DNA of 64,000 nt, from NCBI GenBank assembly GCA_965287045.1, contig OZ336884.1, positions 52,266,001-52,330,000 on the forward strand, in the 5' to 3' direction. The translations under genes and the position numbers were made by a program. The notes below the pieces were generated by a model. It saw nothing but the letters and a program-made list of their open reading frames with translations, searched no databases and was not told where the DNA came from. This document shows, piece by piece, positions 61,617 through 64,000 of the stretch (its first letter is position 1; the number at the start of each line of letters is the position of its first letter). This DNA comes from Carcharhinus amblyrhynchos. Taxonomy: Eukaryota.

Positions 61617-62639
61617 CTGAAAAGCAAGCATGTGAGGAAAAGGAAGTACAACTAAGAATTGGTTTAAGAAGAATAGGGACCCACATACAAAGGGCACAAC
61701 AAATTCAGTGTTTTTACACCAGAAAAAAGACTTACTCCTCAGTGAACTCCACAGTTGTTTGCAAAAACATAACTTTTTACTGGGTTCCAATAATTATACT
61801 TCAAGTTAAAAAAATGCACTAATTGGCATTTAGCAGAAAATAAACATAGGTAGCTGTAGTACCAAAAGAGATATACTGCTAATACTAGAAAATTGAAATA
61901 GAAACAGAAAATGCTGGAAAAACTCAATGGGTCTAATGGCACCTGTGGAGAGGTAAACAGTTAAAGTTTCATGCCTGATGATGCACCTAACATATTAACT
62001 GTGTTTCCCTATCCATGGCTGTTGTCACATCTACAGAATATTTCCATATTTTGTGATTTCAAGGATAGCTGTGATGTTGGAACTTGTTTCCAAATTCAAC
62101 AAACCGTGAACTAAGACCAATTTGTCCTTTATTTTCTTGAATATTCACCTAATTATCATAAATTTTGAAACATTTTTCTGCAGTCAGGCTTCAGACAAGA
62201 AAAACCTTAAAATTAACAATAGAAAACAGAGACATTGTTAATTTTGTTTGCCCTAACCTATGATAAATTATATGGCCTTGCAAAGTATATTGCAAAAATC
62301 TTGAATAACTCCCACTGGAACACAAAGCATATTTATAGGCCTTTTTCCAATTTTGTTCTGAGACTTATTTTGGGGAAATGCTTGGCAAAAAATCTGATAT
62401 GGACTTTGGAGGTTCATGCTGGATAGCCCCCAAAAACAAACATGAAGTTCACAATGTACAAACTTTGCAAATTGATTGCAATGCAATGCAAGAAGAACAC
62501 TGCATAGTGCTGCTTGCTGGTTGCTGTGTGTAGCCATTGCAAACCACGCTGTTCATTGGTTACATGCATCAGCAGAAGGACTAAATCATAATTTTCCCAT
62601 AAATCTTAAAGCTAATCTGCATCTCTCAAAGGGGTGGTG

Positions 62640-64000
62640 CATTGTGTCTGAAGCAGGTGATGCCAGTCATGCAGGAAATAAATCTGAAACTGTGAAAAAT
62701 GGGACAACATTGGTCCATGGTTCTTAGACACTGTACTGTTGGCATTGATGGTGGAAGTGAAAACTAGGGGAGATGTTCTGTATCCATAGGGATCCAGGAG
62801 ATTATCCAGTCACACATTCAAAGGAAAATAGGAGCAGTTTGTCAGGGATCAAGATCTCATAGCCTGGATGTAGTGCCACAAGAAATTCAGTAACCTCTCA
62901 CAAGGTCAGTGAACGCATTGTCAAATGCCACATTCCAAGAACTACATCACCAATTAATCACAACCCCAACACTCACCTGCCAACAACCTTTATCAATCAC
63001 GCACCAGAAACAGCATTCCTAGCTTCACCTCATCCTCACACACTTAGCACTCCTGCATGCCTTACACCCATGTTGCACAGCTCACACACACAGTCAGCTA
63101 TTCAACATGACAACTAGATCACCCAAACAGACTGCATGACACTCACTGACATACTTTCCTCTCTCTTGCAGGATAGGTGATGCACAACTGAACGTGACAG
63201 TAGCTGCCCAGAAGGGAACAGACACACGTGCATGTCCTAACCCACTTCAGGAGGCAGTACAGGCCAACCTTGGCATGAGGATTATTTAGTCCATGACTAG
63301 CTGCCGGGCTAAATGAACATAAGGCAACTGGATCATAATACCTAATCCTCTTTCTCACATCCCACTTCCTCCTCATGCCATAATATCTTCTGATTTACAA
63401 TCTGAAGGTAGAATATGCATATGCCTCTTATTTCCCTTCCCCCCAACCCTCCGCTCACCATAACTTTACTCTTGTCTCTGTTTCCTTTCAGATAGCCAAC
63501 AATTTCAAATTGATCAGGCAATGGAAGAACAGCTAGAGCCATTGATAATGAAACCACACTGTCACTTGATTTCAGTCTTAACCACCAGATCAAATACTGA
63601 CTTGCCTTTAAATTAAGGACAGCATTGAAGTGGGTGCTACACATGCTGGGATACTGAGTAAAGATGGCCTGCAGTGAGGGTAGGTGGCGAGGATACTGCA
63701 CATGTCAGTTCATTGTTAGTTAAAGTTGCATGAGTTCTGCTGCAGAAGACTCAGATGAAGGTTGCAATGGCATAAACTGCAGAAGACGGCTTATAGATAT
63801 ACGCAATGAAATGCTTGATACATCCAGGGAGTCAGCCAGAAAACCTACGGTCAACGTCAAGAAGCCAGGTGGAGCTCAGCATCAACTTGATGCACAGTTT
63901 TGCACAAAGCTTGCAGCCCATCTTTTTGAGTTACAAATGGGTGGCCAAATCCATGTGCAATTCAGCATGATGCAGCAACTAATGGCTGATATCTCAACTC
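62640..64000 (+). mobile_element. Decayed Harbinger Myb/SANT gene with intron, running off window end
   Basis: PWFLDTVLLALMVEVKTRGDVLYP*GSRR...WM*CHKKFSNL then donor aag|gtcagt (~62903); acceptor ctctctcttgcag ~63170. Confidence 0.55.

Noticed and set aside
1-64000. Prokaryotic systems (CRISPR, retron, operons) and the many 60-130 aa ORFs as genes
   Set aside because: Spliced vertebrate gene context with no repeat-spacer arrays. The short ORFs are antisense or shadow frames of repeats, or random.

Overview
Eukaryotic, repeat-rich vertebrate DNA. The repeat spectrum (CR1, HE1/V-SINE-like, Penelope, Harbinger) suggests a cartilaginous fish; this is inference. The whole window lies inside the dystrophin (DMD) gene on the minus strand. 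Five phase-0 coding exons match human DMD exons 38-42: 55385-55501, 46621-46758, 42410-42562, 39827-40009 and 19547-19744. Exons 39-41 have exactly the human lengths. Upstream of exon 38 are two further in-frame candidate exons with no counterpart in canonical human DMD (61506-61616, strong; 59175-59312, weaker, GC donor). The introns hold CR1/L2 LINE fragments, tRNA-SINEs, Harbinger remnants and MITEs, two decayed Gypsy LTR elements, and Penelope-like elements with minimal hammerhead ribozymes, including a ~450-bp-arm fold-back. The most unexpected signals are an intronless type II keratin/intermediate-filament rod fragment replacing most of pol inside a Gypsy element (~25607-26065), the extra dystrophin exons, and sense-strand hammerheads in inverted Penelope copies flanking symmetric DMD exons. 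All alignments were done by eye, and most repeat boundaries are approximate.
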